Position numbers and translations under genes: made by a program. The notes below the pieces were generated by a model, which saw only the letters and a list, made by a program, of their open reading frames with translations, did not search any database and was not told the DNA's origin. From the NCBI GenBank assembly GCA_050946435.1, contig JBMNUU010000008.1, forward strand, positions 13,213-77,212: 64,000 nucleotides of DNA. The letters run 5' to 3'. This document shows positions 46,152-56,270 of this stretch, one piece after another; position 1 is the stretch's first letter, and each line of letters begins with the position of its first letter. Source of the stretch: Prevotella sp. GTDB lineage: Bacteria > Bacteroidota > Bacteroidia > Bacteroidales > Bacteroidaceae.

Positions 46152-48941
46152 ATGGGAAAATTATCAATATTCGTTTTGCTTTTTCTTGGACTCGGCTCCT
46201 GCGGAGGACGATCCGACACGTTTACGCCGACCGACCGCAAGGTGGCGGAAGATATCGTGCGCTCCACCTCAGACATCGACTCGCTCGCCCGACTGCAAAA
46301 ACGAATGGAAAGCGAGGATAACCTGCTGGGCAGCATCATTGCCCTGAGAGAATGGGGCAAGACGCTGCGCAACGAGAGCCGCTTCGACGAGGCCCTGAAA
46401 ATACACAGCGAGGGACTGCGACAGGCTCAGGACGTGGGCGACACGCTCGAATGGGTGCAGGCGCTGAACAACATCGGCACGGACTATCGGCGCATGGGGG
46501 TGCTTGATGCGGCCCAGGGCTATCACTACCAAGCCTGGATGATCAGCAAGGAACATGCCGACACCTCGTTTATGGCCATGAAAAACCGCGTGATCTCGCT
46601 CAACGGACTGGGCAACATCTATATGACCATAGGCAACTTTGAGCGCGCCGACAGTGTGCTGCGACTTGCCCTGCAGGGCGAGCGACGGTTGCATAGCGCC
46701 ATCGGGCAGGCCATCAACTACGCCAACCTCGGCTCCATCTTTGAGCATCGGGGACAAAAAGACTCGGCATGGGTGTACTACCGTCGGTCGATGGAATACA
46801 ACCGGGAGGCGGGCAGCACGCTCGGCATCTCGCTCTGTCACACGTATTTCGGGTCGCTCTATGAGCAGGAGCAGCAATACGACAAAGCTACCAAGGAATA
46901 TGAGGCCGCCTACCAACTGATGCAAGCCTCGAAGGACGAATGGCACGCGGTGAACACGCTGATCGCCCTGGCCGGCATCTACAACACCACCCATGACCAC
47001 GCAAAGACCCTGAGCTATCTCGGCAAGGCAAAACAAGTGGCGGAGCGCATCAAATCGAAGGAGCATCTGGCTAAAATACACACCTTGTATTATACCCACT
47101 ACAAACAACTGGGCGATTACCGCAACGCCCTGGCCGCCTATGAACTGGCCTCGGCGGCGAAAGATAGTATGCTGGATATGGAAAAAATGAACCGCATTCA
47201 GAACATCAGTCTGGACATTGAGCGTAACCTGCAGACAAGAAAAATGGACGAGGCCCGACTGAAACTGGAAAAAGAGCGAACGGCACGTCACGCAGACTAT
47301 ATCATCTTTGTCTTTGTCGTGATGCTGCTGATAGCCACACTGGGTATCTTTCTCTATCTCCAACGGGTGCATCGGCGCAATCACTTGGCGCTGAAAAGGC
47401 TGACAACCCTGCGCGAGAATTTCTTTACCAACATCACCCATGAATTTCGTACCCCGCTGACCGTTATCCTCGGGTTGAGCCGTGACCTACAGACGGCCGA
47501 CGAGGCAGAGGTGAGAGACAAGGCGGTGACCATTGAGCGGCAAGGACACGGGCTGCTCACGCTGATTAACCAACTGCTGGACATCTCGAAAATTAAATCC
47601 ACCGTGGGCGACCCCGACTGGCGCAACGGTAACATCACGGCACACCTCGCCATGATTATCGAGACCTATCGTGCCTATGCCCGCAGCCGGAACATCAACC
47701 TGCAATACTTCGCCAAAGAGACAGTGACGATGGACTTTGTGCCCGACTATATCAACAAGGTGATGAACAACCTGCTCTCCAACGCCTTTAAGTTCACGCC
47801 GGAATACGGCAAGGTGAGCGTGACGGTATGGCGCGAGGGCGAGCGGCTGCACATCTGTGTGGCCGACACGGGGCAAGGCATGGGTAAGGAGACGCTGGAC
47901 CGTGCGTTTGAGCCGTTCTATCAGGGCAGAGACAACGGTCAGGTCATGGGGACGGGCGTGGGACTGGCCCTGGTGAAGCAGATTGTGAATGCCGTGGAAG
48001 GAGAGGTCACGGTGGAGAGCGAGCCCGACAAGGGCACCACGTTTCATATCCGGGTGCCGATACGCAACAACAGCAAACGGCAAATGACCGACAATGTGGA
48101 AACCAACAGTCCGATGCTGCCCGAAACCCCAACCGCTCTTGCCGACAGCGAGGGCGACGACAACCAGTGCCGACTGCTGGTCATCGAAGACAACAGAGAC
48201 ATTGCGGCCTACATCGGCTCGCAGTTTGCCGGCCGCTACGCCGTGGCCTACGCCACCAACGGCAAGGAAGGACTGGCCAAGGCGCTGAGACTTGTGCCCG
48301 ATCTCATCATCACCGACCTGATGATGCCCGGCGTGGATGGACTGGAGGTGTGCCGACGGGTGCGCGCCAACGAAATCGTCAATCATATTCCCATCATTGT
48401 GGTGACGGCGAAGATTACGGAGGAAGAACGGGTGAAAGGAATAGAAGCCGGAGCGGACGCTTACCTGGCCAAACCCTTCAACGCGGACGAGCTGCGCACC
48501 AGGGTGGAGAAGCTACTGGACAACAGACGTCTGCTGCGTGAAAAGTTTGCACGCATCATGTCGGAGTGTCAGGATAATGCGGAGACAGAGGCGGATGCGC
48601 CCGACGAGGCCGACCTGCGTTTTCTCAGAAAGGTGTCGGACTTTGTCAATCGGCAGCTCTACCTCAACAAGGATATTGACGTGCCCCTCATTGCGTCGAG
48701 CATGTGTATGAGTTCGCGGCAGTTCTACCGAAAAATCAATGCGCTAACGGGCTATGCTCCCTCAGCTTATGTGCTGCGGCTTAAAATCAAACGCGCCACG
48801 AATCTCATCGACAACAATCCGCAGATGAGCTTCGGAGAAGTGGCCGACAGAAGCGGCTTCGGCGACTACTCAAACTTCGTGCGTGCGTTCAAGAATGTGA
48901 TGAACATCACGCCCACGGAGTATAGGAGGGAGAATGGGTAG
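46152..48941 (+). CDS. Hybrid two-component regulator: TPR sensor region, TM, HisKA/HATPase kinase, receiver and AraC-type HTH
   Basis: Lipoprotein-like signal MGKLSIFVLLFLGLGSC at ATG 46152 (the ORF opens at 46053). There are several TPR-like repeats and one TM (IIFVFVVMLLIATLGIFLYL). Other motifs: H-box FTNITHEFRTPLT; N/G boxes LLSNAFKFTP, DTGQGMG, GTGVGLALV; receiver LLVIEDNRDIA...DLIITDLMMPGVDG...AKPF; AraC HTH GFGDYSNFVRAFKNVMNITPTEYRR. Confidence 0.9.
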   Translation: MGKLSIFVLLFLGLGSCGGRSDTFTPTDRKVAEDIVRSTSDIDSLARLQKRMESEDNLLGSIIALREWGKTLRNESRFDEALKIHSEGLRQAQDVGDTLEWVQALNNIGTDYRRMGVLDAAQGYHYQAWMISKEHADTSFMAMKNRVISLNGLGNIYMTIGNFERADSVLRLALQGERRLHSAIGQAINYANLGSIFEHRGQKDSAWVYYRRSMEYNREAGSTLGISLCHTYFGSLYEQEQQYDKATKEYEAAYQLMQASKDEWHAVNTLIALAGIYNTTHDHAKTLSYLGKAKQVAERIKSKEHLAKIHTLYYTHYKQLGDYRNALAAYELASAAKDSMLDMEKMNRIQNISLDIERNLQTRKMDEARLKLEKERTARHADYIIFVFVVMLLIATLGIFLYLQRVHRRNHLALKRLTTLRENFFTNITHEFRTPLTVILGLSRDLQTADEAEVRDKAVTIERQGHGLLTLINQLLDISKIKSTVGDPDWRNGNITAHLAMIIETYRAYARSRNINLQYFAKETVTMDFVPDYINKVMNNLLSNAFKFTPEYGKVSVTVWREGERLHICVADTGQGMGKETLDRAFEPFYQGRDNGQVMGTGVGLALVKQIVNAVEGEVTVESEPDKGTTFHIRVPIRNNSKRQMTDNVETNSPMLPETPTALADSEGDDNQCRLLVIEDNRDIAAYIGSQFAGRYAVAYATNGKEGLAKALRLVPDLIITDLMMPGVDGLEVCRRVRANEIVNHIPIIVVTAKITEEERVKGIEAGADAYLAKPFNADELRTRVEKLLDNRRLLREKFARIMSECQDNAETEADAPDEADLRFLRKVSDFVNRQLYLNKDIDVPLIASSMCMSSRQFYRKINALTGYAPSAYVLRLKIKRATNLIDNNPQMSFGEVADRSGFGDYSNFVRAFKNVMNITPTEYRRENG

Positions 48942-48946
48942 GTAGT

Positions 48947-49110
48947 AATTCAAAATTCACAATTTTCAATTCACAATTTTGGCTGGCGCGATGTAATGTT
49001 GCGCGGCTCATGGGTTAGACTGGTCCGACTAGTCAGACAGGTCAGACAGGTCTGATAGGTCTGACAGGTCCGATTTATCCGTCCTCCCCCCTGTCCGATT
49101 TATCCAACAC
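48947..49110. repeat. Composite intergenic repeat (heptamer module + 9-mer array), starting 6 nt after the regulator stop
   Basis: aattcaaaattcacaattttcaattcacaattttggctggcgcgatgtaatgttgcgcggctcatgggtt, then gactggtccgactagtcagacaggtcagacaggtctgataggtctgacaggtccgatttatccgtcc. This is the reverse-complement arrangement of 45641-45790. Confidence 0.88.
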
Positions 49111-49155
49111 ATGCACGTAGCCGCGGCGTGTTGATGCAAAAAACAGATGTATGAA

Positions 49156-50073
49156 TCACGACTTCTTGGATTGGTGCTTTCGCTTGTACTCGAGTGGCGT
49201 GCAGCCGAAATGGTCTTTGACGTATTTGCCAAAGAAACTGGGGTTGGGAAATCCCAACTTGTTGCTGATCTCCTTGATACTCAACGACGTGTTGCGTAGC
49301 GAGTAGGAGATGTCCGACAAGGTGTACTCTGTGATCCAGTCGTTGGCCGTCTTGCCCGAGTTTTTCTTGCAGATGACGGTGAGATATTTTGACGAGATGC
49401 ACAATTCGGAGGCATAATAGGCCACGGTCTGGTGTTTGTTCTCGGTCTTTTGCAAGAGATTCAAGAACCGATTGAATAACGTGATATGGCGTTTGGGCTC
49501 CTCCACAGTGCTCGTCGTCTGCTTTTGAATCAATCCGCAAAAGCCGACCAGCGAGGCACTAACCAATCCCTTAATGACTTCGTCGCGATACCATTCGTTC
49601 ATGGCGCCTTCGCTCTGGTCAAGACACATCTTGATCAGCTCATACACTCCCTTATAGAACTCCATATATCGGTTTTCCAAATCGAAACACCGTATTTTCT
49701 GAACATACACCGCCTCATTCCAAACATGGATGAAATGGCGCAGATAGAGCTGCAAGGCCCGATTGGTGATACACAACGCTGAATATTCAAAATCAGGGGT
49801 GACCATTAGTTCCTCTAAACTTGTATTGAGCGGACATATAAACACCTGATGAGCATGAATCTCCAACACCTCGCCATTGAGCATGGCTTGCAATTTACCC
49901 TTGGTGCAAATAGCAATGATGTTCATATTGGGACGAGTGCCATCGGGCAACCCCAATATACTGACATTGTCTATGATCATCAGGTCTTCGTCAAGATAAT
50001 CCGGGCTGATAGGGGTAGAGTTTTCTGTCATAGCTATCAGCCTTTTCGCTCTTGTATCTTCGCTTTGTCTCAT
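49156..50073 (-). CDS. AraC-family transcriptional regulator
   Basis: C-terminal dual HTH (VAYYASELCISSKYLTVICKK ... ISNKLGFPNPSFFGKYVKDHFGCTPLEYKRK). The ORF-track start at 50094 is TTG; the first ATG is at 50071-50073 (MRQSED). It is divergent from the RND operon. Confidence 0.85.
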   Translation of the reverse strand: MRQSEDTRAKRLIAMTENSTPISPDYLDEDLMIIDNVSILGLPDGTRPNMNIIAICTKGKLQAMLNGEVLEIHAHQVFICPLNTSLEELMVTPDFEYSALCITNRALQLYLRHFIHVWNEAVYVQKIRCFDLENRYMEFYKGVYELIKMCLDQSEGAMNEWYRDEVIKGLVSASLVGFCGLIQKQTTSTVEEPKRHITLFNRFLNLLQKTENKHQTVAYYASELCISSKYLTVICKKNSGKTANDWITEYTLSDISYSLRNTSLSIKEISNKLGFPNPSFFGKYVKDHFGCTPLEYKRKHQSKKS

Positions 50074-50260
50074 AGCTTTCCTTTTAGAACACAAAATTAC
50101 AGTATTTGTTTAAAATAGAATATTCTTTTATGGAATTTGTAAGGCTTATATCAGAACATATATCTATTTTGGGCGTTTTAAGTCCGTTTTAGAACATTGG
50201 TTTTTTATTTATTGCTTGTAATTTTGTAGCTATCAAACAGAAATCAAGAAAAAAGAAGAT

Positions 50261-51319
50261 ATGAACAAGTTAAATTGGACAATAGCCCTACTATCGATGG
50301 TGTTTTTAGCCACAGGGTGCGGAAAAAAGAAACAGGATGTTGAAAATATAGTTAAGGTAAAGACGATGGCAGCAGGCAGCATGGACTTTACCCATCAGCA
50401 GAGTTATCCGGGCAGTATAGAAGAGATGAGCGGAACATCGCTCAGCTTTGCCGCTGCCGGTACCATTAAGAGTCTCAACATCAGCGAGGGTCAATATGTA
50501 AAAGCCGGTCAGCTCATCGGAGTAATCGATGCCACGACAACAGGAAACGCCCTGACGATGGCCAAAGCCACCACCGCACAGGCACGGGAATCCCTGAATC
50601 AGGCCGAAGACGCCTACCGTCGTATGAAGATGCTGCACGACAACGGCTCTCTGCCCGAAATCAAATGGGTGGAGGTAAAAACAAAGGTGTCGCAGGCTCG
50701 CCAAATGCTCTCTCAGGCCCAAGCTGCGGAAACAATCGCACGCAAGGGACTAAATGATACGCGCCTGTTGGCTCCGTTCAGCGGATACATCAGCAAAAAA
50801 ACGGCGGAAACGGGACAGAATGTGCTGCCGGGACAGCCTGTAGCCACGCTGGTGAAGATTGAACAGGTGAAAGTCAAGTTGAGTGTGCCTGAGGATGAGA
50901 TTGCCGACATCAAGATAGGACAGGAACTGCAATTCACGGTATCGTCGTTGGGAGACAACGTCTTCTCGGGTAAAGTGACAGAGAAGAATATTGCGGCCGA
51001 TGCTATCTCACGGGCTTACACTGTCAAAGGTGTCGTGAACAATGCCGACCACAAGCTCCTGCCCGGTATGGTATGCGATGTATATACAAGCGGGTCGACG
51101 ACAGAAGGCGTATCGCTGCCGGCCAACATCATTCAGATAGACTTCGATAGCCATCCTTTCGTATGGGTTGTCCAAAACGGAACGGTCACCAAAAAGACGG
51201 TCGTGCTCGGTAAAAACGTTGGAGAAAACGTCATCATCACTAAGGGCCTGGAAAAAGGCGCCAAAGTGATTGTCAGCGGACAGCAGAAAGTGAGCAGCGG
51301 CATGAAAGTGCAAGAGTAA
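50261..51319 (+). CDS. RND efflux periplasmic adaptor (membrane fusion protein)
   Basis: Lipoprotein signal LLSMVFLATGC, a lipoyl/hairpin/beta-barrel pattern (VKAGQLIGVID ... coiled-coil ... LLAPFSGYISKK ... LPGMVCDV). It precedes the RND pump. Confidence 0.9.
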   Translation: MNKLNWTIALLSMVFLATGCGKKKQDVENIVKVKTMAAGSMDFTHQQSYPGSIEEMSGTSLSFAAAGTIKSLNISEGQYVKAGQLIGVIDATTTGNALTMAKATTAQARESLNQAEDAYRRMKMLHDNGSLPEIKWVEVKTKVSQARQMLSQAQAAETIARKGLNDTRLLAPFSGYISKKTAETGQNVLPGQPVATLVKIEQVKVKLSVPEDEIADIKIGQELQFTVSSLGDNVFSGKVTEKNIAADAISRAYTVKGVVNNADHKLLPGMVCDVYTSGSTTEGVSLPANIIQIDFDSHPFVWVVQNGTVTKKTVVLGKNVGENVIITKGLEKGAKVIVSGQQKVSSGMKVQE

Positions 51320-51417
51320 ACAGGAAACGGTTGGACCGGTCTCCTGCCTATAAAAAAAGTAGTTCCCTTTTTAATTAAGAAGAAGAAAGGGCAGACCGGA
51401 AATAAGAGGATTTACGT

Positions 51418-54400
51418 ATGAAAAAGAAAAGAACAATTGTCGAATGGACCATGCACTATCGCCAGATTGTGATTCTCATCACATCGGTGTTGGTGGCATT
51501 CGGAGTATATGCACTCGCCAAAATTAATAAAAACGAGTTCCCCAATTTCACGGTACGCCAGGGCGTAGCCGTCGTGGTATATCCGGGCGCTACAGCCCAA
51601 GATATTGAAGAGCAGGTGACTAAACCGCTCGAAGACTACATCTTTACTTTTAAAGAGGTGAAGAAAGAGAAAACTAAATCGTTCAGTCGAGACGGTGTCA
51701 GCATCACACAGATAGAACTCAATGACGATGTCAACATCGTAGACAAGGATAATTTCTGGAGCCGTTTCAAATTAGGCATACAGCAATTTAAGACTTCGCT
51801 GCCAAGCGGAGTGTTAGCCGTTGTGGTGAAGGACGACTTCGGAGATGCCTCGTCGCTGCTCATCACCATGGAGAGCGAGGAGAAGACCTATCGCGAGCTG
51901 GACGACTATATGGACAATCTGAAGGATCGGCTACGTGGCATTGAGAGCGTGGGACGACTCAACGTGTATGGCGGACAGGAGGAACAAATCAGCGTCTACA
52001 TCGACGCCGCTAAACTGTCGCAATACGGCATTGGGCGAGGAATTGTCTCAACAGCCTTGATGACCAAGGGATTCAACACCACGGCAGGCTCACAGCACAC
52101 CGATCGCTACGAAGCCCCCATTCACGTGGGGCGCTCACTCAATATGGTGAACGACGTGGAGCAGATGATTGTTTATTCGAGTCCGGACGGCAATATTGTT
52201 CGTGTGAAAGATATCGCAGAGGTAAAGCGGGAGTATCCGAAACCTTCGAGTTATGTGACGAACAACGGCAAGAAGTGCCTGGTGCTGAGCGTCGAAATCA
52301 AGAGCGGACGCAGCATCACGGAGATGGGAAAAGACATCAAGGAGCAACTCGACGAGTTCCAGAAGACATTGCCCGATGAGGTGTCCATGTTTACCATTAC
52401 CGACCAAAGTCAGGTGGTAAGCGATTCAGTGATCAGCTTCCTCAAGGAATTGCTCATTGCTATCACGGCCGTTATCGTTATCGTTGTTCTCCTCATGCCC
52501 CTGCGTGTGGCTTTGGTGGCAGCGGGTACCATCCCCGTTTCCATCTTCATCTCCATGGGACTGTTTTACGCATTCGGCATCGAGCTGAACACCGTTACCC
52601 TGGCTGCACTTATCGTGACGCTCGGAATGATTGTGGACAACTCCATTGTCATCATTGATAACTATGTGGAGCTGTTGGGAGAAGGCATGAGTCGCTGGAA
52701 AGCATCTATCCAGAGTGCCAACCACTTCTTTAAGTCGATACTTTCGGCCACACTGGCCATATCCATCACTTTCTTCCCCCTGCTTTTCACGTTGCAGGGA
52801 ATGTTCCATGACTTTATCCTGCTGTTCCCCTGGGCCATCACCATCGTACTTTTTGTATCGCTACTGGTGGCCATGCTGGTGGTGCCGTTTATGCAGTTCT
52901 ACTTCATCCGGGAGCCAATAGAGGTGAAAAAGAAGAAGGATGGAAAGAAGAAAAAATCGTTCCTGGATATCATGCAGAAGTATTACGACAAGATTATTGA
53001 CGTTTGCTTCGACCATCCATACATCATCATGGGTTGCGCCGTGGTAGCCATCGTGGGAGGAGGATTGCTCATGTCGATTCTGCCTCGTAAGCTCATGCCG
53101 ACCGCCGACCGTAACCAGTTTGCTGTGGAAATCTATCTTCCCACCGGGACGTCTCTGCAGAAGACGGCCGAGCTGGCCGATTCCTTGGAGAATGTTCTGA
53201 GAAAAGACGAGCGCGTGATATCGATAGCCTCGTTCAAGGGAACGGCCTCTCCCCGATTCCAAACCACCTATGCACCGCAGTTTGGCGGGAAGAACTATGC
53301 TCAGTTTATTGTCAACACGAAAGACAACAAAGCCACCGAAGAGGTGTTGGAAGACTACAGAATGAAGTACACCAATGCCTTCCCCGGCGCCTACGTACGC
53401 TTTAAACAGCTCAGCTACAGCTCAGAGGGTAACTCCATAGAGTTGAGGGTTTCGGGCGATGACTGGGACTTGCTGAAAAAAACGGCAGACAGCATCACGA
53501 CTGCCTTCCGCAACAACAGCAACCTTATCTTGTCGCGCAACGACGTTACCGAGCCACAGCTGACCACTAATATCAAATTAGACGAGCAGAAAGCCAGTAG
53601 ACTCGGCGTGACCAACGCAATGGTAGAACTCGCTCTGGCCTCCAGATACAACAGTGGCGGTATTCCTGTCGCTACGATATGGGACGGCGACGATGGCATC
53701 AAAGTGACCCTGAAAGGCACCAAAGCTGACGAGGCGTCGCTCAACGATATTGCCGATGAACCTATCCCCGTAGCAGGAGGAATGCGCACCGTGCCCCTGA
53801 GGCAGATAGCCAAGGTGGAACCCAAATGGGAAGACGGCCAAATTGCCCATCGCAACGGGCGTCGCACCATTACGGTCATGGCCGATGTGATTGACGATGT
53901 CAATGTGATGAAGGTCACATCTGACCTTCAGGACCAGTTCCGTTCGGAGGATATGCCTGAAGGCGTCTCGCTGGATTGGGGTGGCGAATACGAGCAGTCT
54001 AAGGAGACCACGCCGCAGATTATAAGCGGTCTCTCTATTAGTATTGTGATTATCTTCTTCCTCATGCTCGCCCATTTCCGCAGCATCTCCACAGCCGCTC
54101 TCCTACTGGTGTCGCTGTCGCTGGTGCTCTTCGGTACGGCAATAGGTGTGCTGGTACCCGGAGGCGCGTTCTCCATGACCTGCTACCTGGGCATTATCTC
54201 CCTGATGGGTATTCTGGTGAGAAACGCCATCATCATGTACGACTATGCGGAAGAGTTACGCAACGAGGGGAATCATACGGCTCACGAAGCCATCTACCTG
54301 AGTGCCAAGCGCCGTATGCGCCCCATCTTCCTCACCTCCGCAGCCGCCTCAATGGGTGTGATTCCTATGATATTGGGCGGATCCGGACTGTGGGCACCTA

Positions 54401-54534
54401 TGGGTAACGTGATTTTCTTCGGAACAATTATCACGATGGTCTTCATCCTGACCATGCTCCCCATAGCCTACTGGCTGGTGATGAGCGGCTCTACAAGTAA
54501 GCGCCAAAAGAGCCTGGAGCTCGAGAACCAATAA
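51418..54534 (+). CDS. RND efflux transporter permease (AcrB/AcrD/AcrF family)
   Basis: 1038 aa with 12 predicted hydrophobic segments in a 1+large loop+5 / 1+large loop+5 layout. It has conserved TM4-type GMIVDNSIVIIDN and TM10/11 LVRNAIIMYDY. Confidence 0.95.
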   Translation: MKKKRTIVEWTMHYRQIVILITSVLVAFGVYALAKINKNEFPNFTVRQGVAVVVYPGATAQDIEEQVTKPLEDYIFTFKEVKKEKTKSFSRDGVSITQIELNDDVNIVDKDNFWSRFKLGIQQFKTSLPSGVLAVVVKDDFGDASSLLITMESEEKTYRELDDYMDNLKDRLRGIESVGRLNVYGGQEEQISVYIDAAKLSQYGIGRGIVSTALMTKGFNTTAGSQHTDRYEAPIHVGRSLNMVNDVEQMIVYSSPDGNIVRVKDIAEVKREYPKPSSYVTNNGKKCLVLSVEIKSGRSITEMGKDIKEQLDEFQKTLPDEVSMFTITDQSQVVSDSVISFLKELLIAITAVIVIVVLLMPLRVALVAAGTIPVSIFISMGLFYAFGIELNTVTLAALIVTLGMIVDNSIVIIDNYVELLGEGMSRWKASIQSANHFFKSILSATLAISITFFPLLFTLQGMFHDFILLFPWAITIVLFVSLLVAMLVVPFMQFYFIREPIEVKKKKDGKKKKSFLDIMQKYYDKIIDVCFDHPYIIMGCAVVAIVGGGLLMSILPRKLMPTADRNQFAVEIYLPTGTSLQKTAELADSLENVLRKDERVISIASFKGTASPRFQTTYAPQFGGKNYAQFIVNTKDNKATEEVLEDYRMKYTNAFPGAYVRFKQLSYSSEGNSIELRVSGDDWDLLKKTADSITTAFRNNSNLILSRNDVTEPQLTTNIKLDEQKASRLGVTNAMVELALASRYNSGGIPVATIWDGDDGIKVTLKGTKADEASLNDIADEPIPVAGGMRTVPLRQIAKVEPKWEDGQIAHRNGRRTITVMADVIDDVNVMKVTSDLQDQFRSEDMPEGVSLDWGGEYEQSKETTPQIISGLSISIVIIFFLMLAHFRSISTAALLLVSLSLVLFGTAIGVLVPGGAFSMTCYLGIISLMGILVRNAIIMYDYAEELRNEGNHTAHEAIYLSAKRRMRPIFLTSAAASMGVIPMILGGSGLWAPMGNVIFFGTIITMVFILTMLPIAYWLVMSGSTSKRQKSLELENQ

Positions 54535-54622
54535 GACCCTGTCGGGCGGGTACCCATGCGAACGCTAACGCAAGGCGGTCCCGCCGGACAATAATCTGAT
54601 TATTCATCATAATAATATTAAA

Positions 54623-55963
54623 ATGAAACGAAATATCATTATCGCATTATCTCTCTTCGCGGCTTTCCAAGTCCAGGCCCAACAGATGCTCTCGCTCGAT
54701 GAGGTGAAGCAGCGGGCCCTGGAATACAATATGGCGGCCCGCACTGCAGACAATGCTATACAACAGGCTGAAGAACAGAAGAAAGAAGCCTTTACCAAAT
54801 ATTTCCCCACAATCAGTGCACTGGGCATGGGATTCCAGACCAATCACGATATTCTCAAGAAAGACTTCAAACTATTGGATAAGATTCCCGAGCCAATCCT
54901 GTCAAAGATTCCACCAGAACTGGCACCACTGATTCCACAAGAAATCTCGTTTGGGATATTAGACAAGGGAATTATGGCTGGTGTCACGGCCATACAACCC
55001 GTATTCGCGGGAGGTCGCATCATCAACGGGAACAAACTGGCTAAGATCAATGTTCAAGCCGGATACCTACAGAAACAGATGACCAGCAACACGGTCACGC
55101 TGACTGCCGAACAATATTACTGGCAAATTATAACGCTCAAGGAGAAACAGAAAACACTGGATGCCGTCGGCGAGATGTTGGACAAATATGCGAAAGACGC
55201 CGACGTGGCCGTGAAGGCCGGCGTGGGTATGCGCAACGACCTGTTGGCTGTAAAGTTGAAGCAAAACGAGATAGAAAGCAACAAACTGAAGTTGGCCAAC
55301 GGTTTGAAACTCGCCAAAATGGTGCTGGCTCAATACATAGGCATGGAGGGGCAGGACATCGATGTCATCTCCTCGGCCGATCCATCGCAACTGCCACCAT
55401 ACCCCATAGTAAAGGCCAACCACGAAGAGGCTGTCGCCATAACGCCCGAATACAGGCTGCTCCAAAAGAAAGTCGAAGCCACAACCTTGCAGAGGAAAAT
55501 GGAAGTAGGCAAAAACTTGCCCTCTATAGGCATCGGTGCCGGATACAACTATTACAAGATGGACGGCAGGATGGAAAATAATTTCGGAGCCATCTTTGCC
55601 ACCGTCAGCATTCCCATCTCGCAATGGTGGGGCGGATCGCATGCCATCAAGCGCAAGAAATTGGCCGAGCAGAATGCCAGGGAGCAATTGGAAGACAACT
55701 CGCAGCTGCTAAAAATAAGAATGCAGAAAAACTGGAACGACGTGGACGACGCATACAAACAGCTGAAGCTGGCCAAGGAGAGCATTGAGCAAAGCGAGGA
55801 AAACCTGCGTCTCAACCGCGACTTCTACCAGGCTGGGACAGTACCCATGAACGACCTACTCAACGCCCAGCAACTGTATCAGCAAAGTCGCGACAGATAC
55901 ACCGACGCTTATGCACAGTTGCAAACCAAGATATTGGAATACAAACAGAGCATCGGAGAGTAG
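54623..55963 (+). CDS. TolC-family outer-membrane efflux channel
   Basis: Signal peptide MKRNIIIALSLFAAFQVQAQ. The sequence is a duplicated helical/coiled-coil repeat (LSLDEVKQRALEYN..., ...NDLLNAQQLYQQSRDRYTDAYAQLQTKILEYKQSIG). It is the third gene of the RND operon. Confidence 0.9.
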   Translation: MKRNIIIALSLFAAFQVQAQQMLSLDEVKQRALEYNMAARTADNAIQQAEEQKKEAFTKYFPTISALGMGFQTNHDILKKDFKLLDKIPEPILSKIPPELAPLIPQEISFGILDKGIMAGVTAIQPVFAGGRIINGNKLAKINVQAGYLQKQMTSNTVTLTAEQYYWQIITLKEKQKTLDAVGEMLDKYAKDADVAVKAGVGMRNDLLAVKLKQNEIESNKLKLANGLKLAKMVLAQYIGMEGQDIDVISSADPSQLPPYPIVKANHEEAVAITPEYRLLQKKVEATTLQRKMEVGKNLPSIGIGAGYNYYKMDGRMENNFGAIFATVSIPISQWWGGSHAIKRKKLAEQNAREQLEDNSQLLKIRMQKNWNDVDDAYKQLKLAKESIEQSEENLRLNRDFYQAGTVPMNDLLNAQQLYQQSRDRYTDAYAQLQTKILEYKQSIGE

Positions 55964-55967
55964 ATAT

Positions 55968-56080
55968 AATTCAAAATTCACAATTCATAATTCACAATTG
56001 GCTGCGCGTTGGCAATTCATAATTCGTAATTAACAATTTTGCTTGCGCAATGTAGGGACATACGGCCCGTGCGTCCGGCA
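55968..56080. repeat. Composite intergenic repeat (heptamer module + palindromic box), starting 5 nt after the TolC stop
   Basis: aattcaaaattcacaattcataattcacaattggctgcgcgttggcaattcataattcgtaattaacaatt, then gcttgcgcaatgtagggacatacggcccgtgcgtccggc. The latter is the reverse orientation of the ...cgggccgtgcgtccctacaat box. Confidence 0.85.
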
Positions 56081-56136
56081 AAACAATCGATGTTCGTATG
56101 GTTTGTGCGTCTGCCAAATATTACTACGTCCTTCAA

Positions 56137-56189
56137 TTTTTGCTGCATCCACCATTGGAAATTAACCAAAGGTGTGGATGCAGCAAAAA
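56137..56189. other. Strong 16-bp hairpin at the leader-distal end of the CRISPR array (possible transcription stop or processing structure)
   Basis: TTTTTGCTGCATCCAC (56137-56152) and GTGGATGCAGCAAAAA (56174-56189) are perfect complements with a 21-nt loop. There is no downstream U-tract in either orientation, because the T/A runs are part of the stem. It is therefore not a canonical intrinsic terminator. Confidence 0.45.
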
Positions 56190-56270
56190 TCATATTAATA
56201 TCATCTATTCCCACCAACGGCCTAATCCAAATCAAAAAATATTCCTAAGCAAATTGCTTCTGAGGCAATC

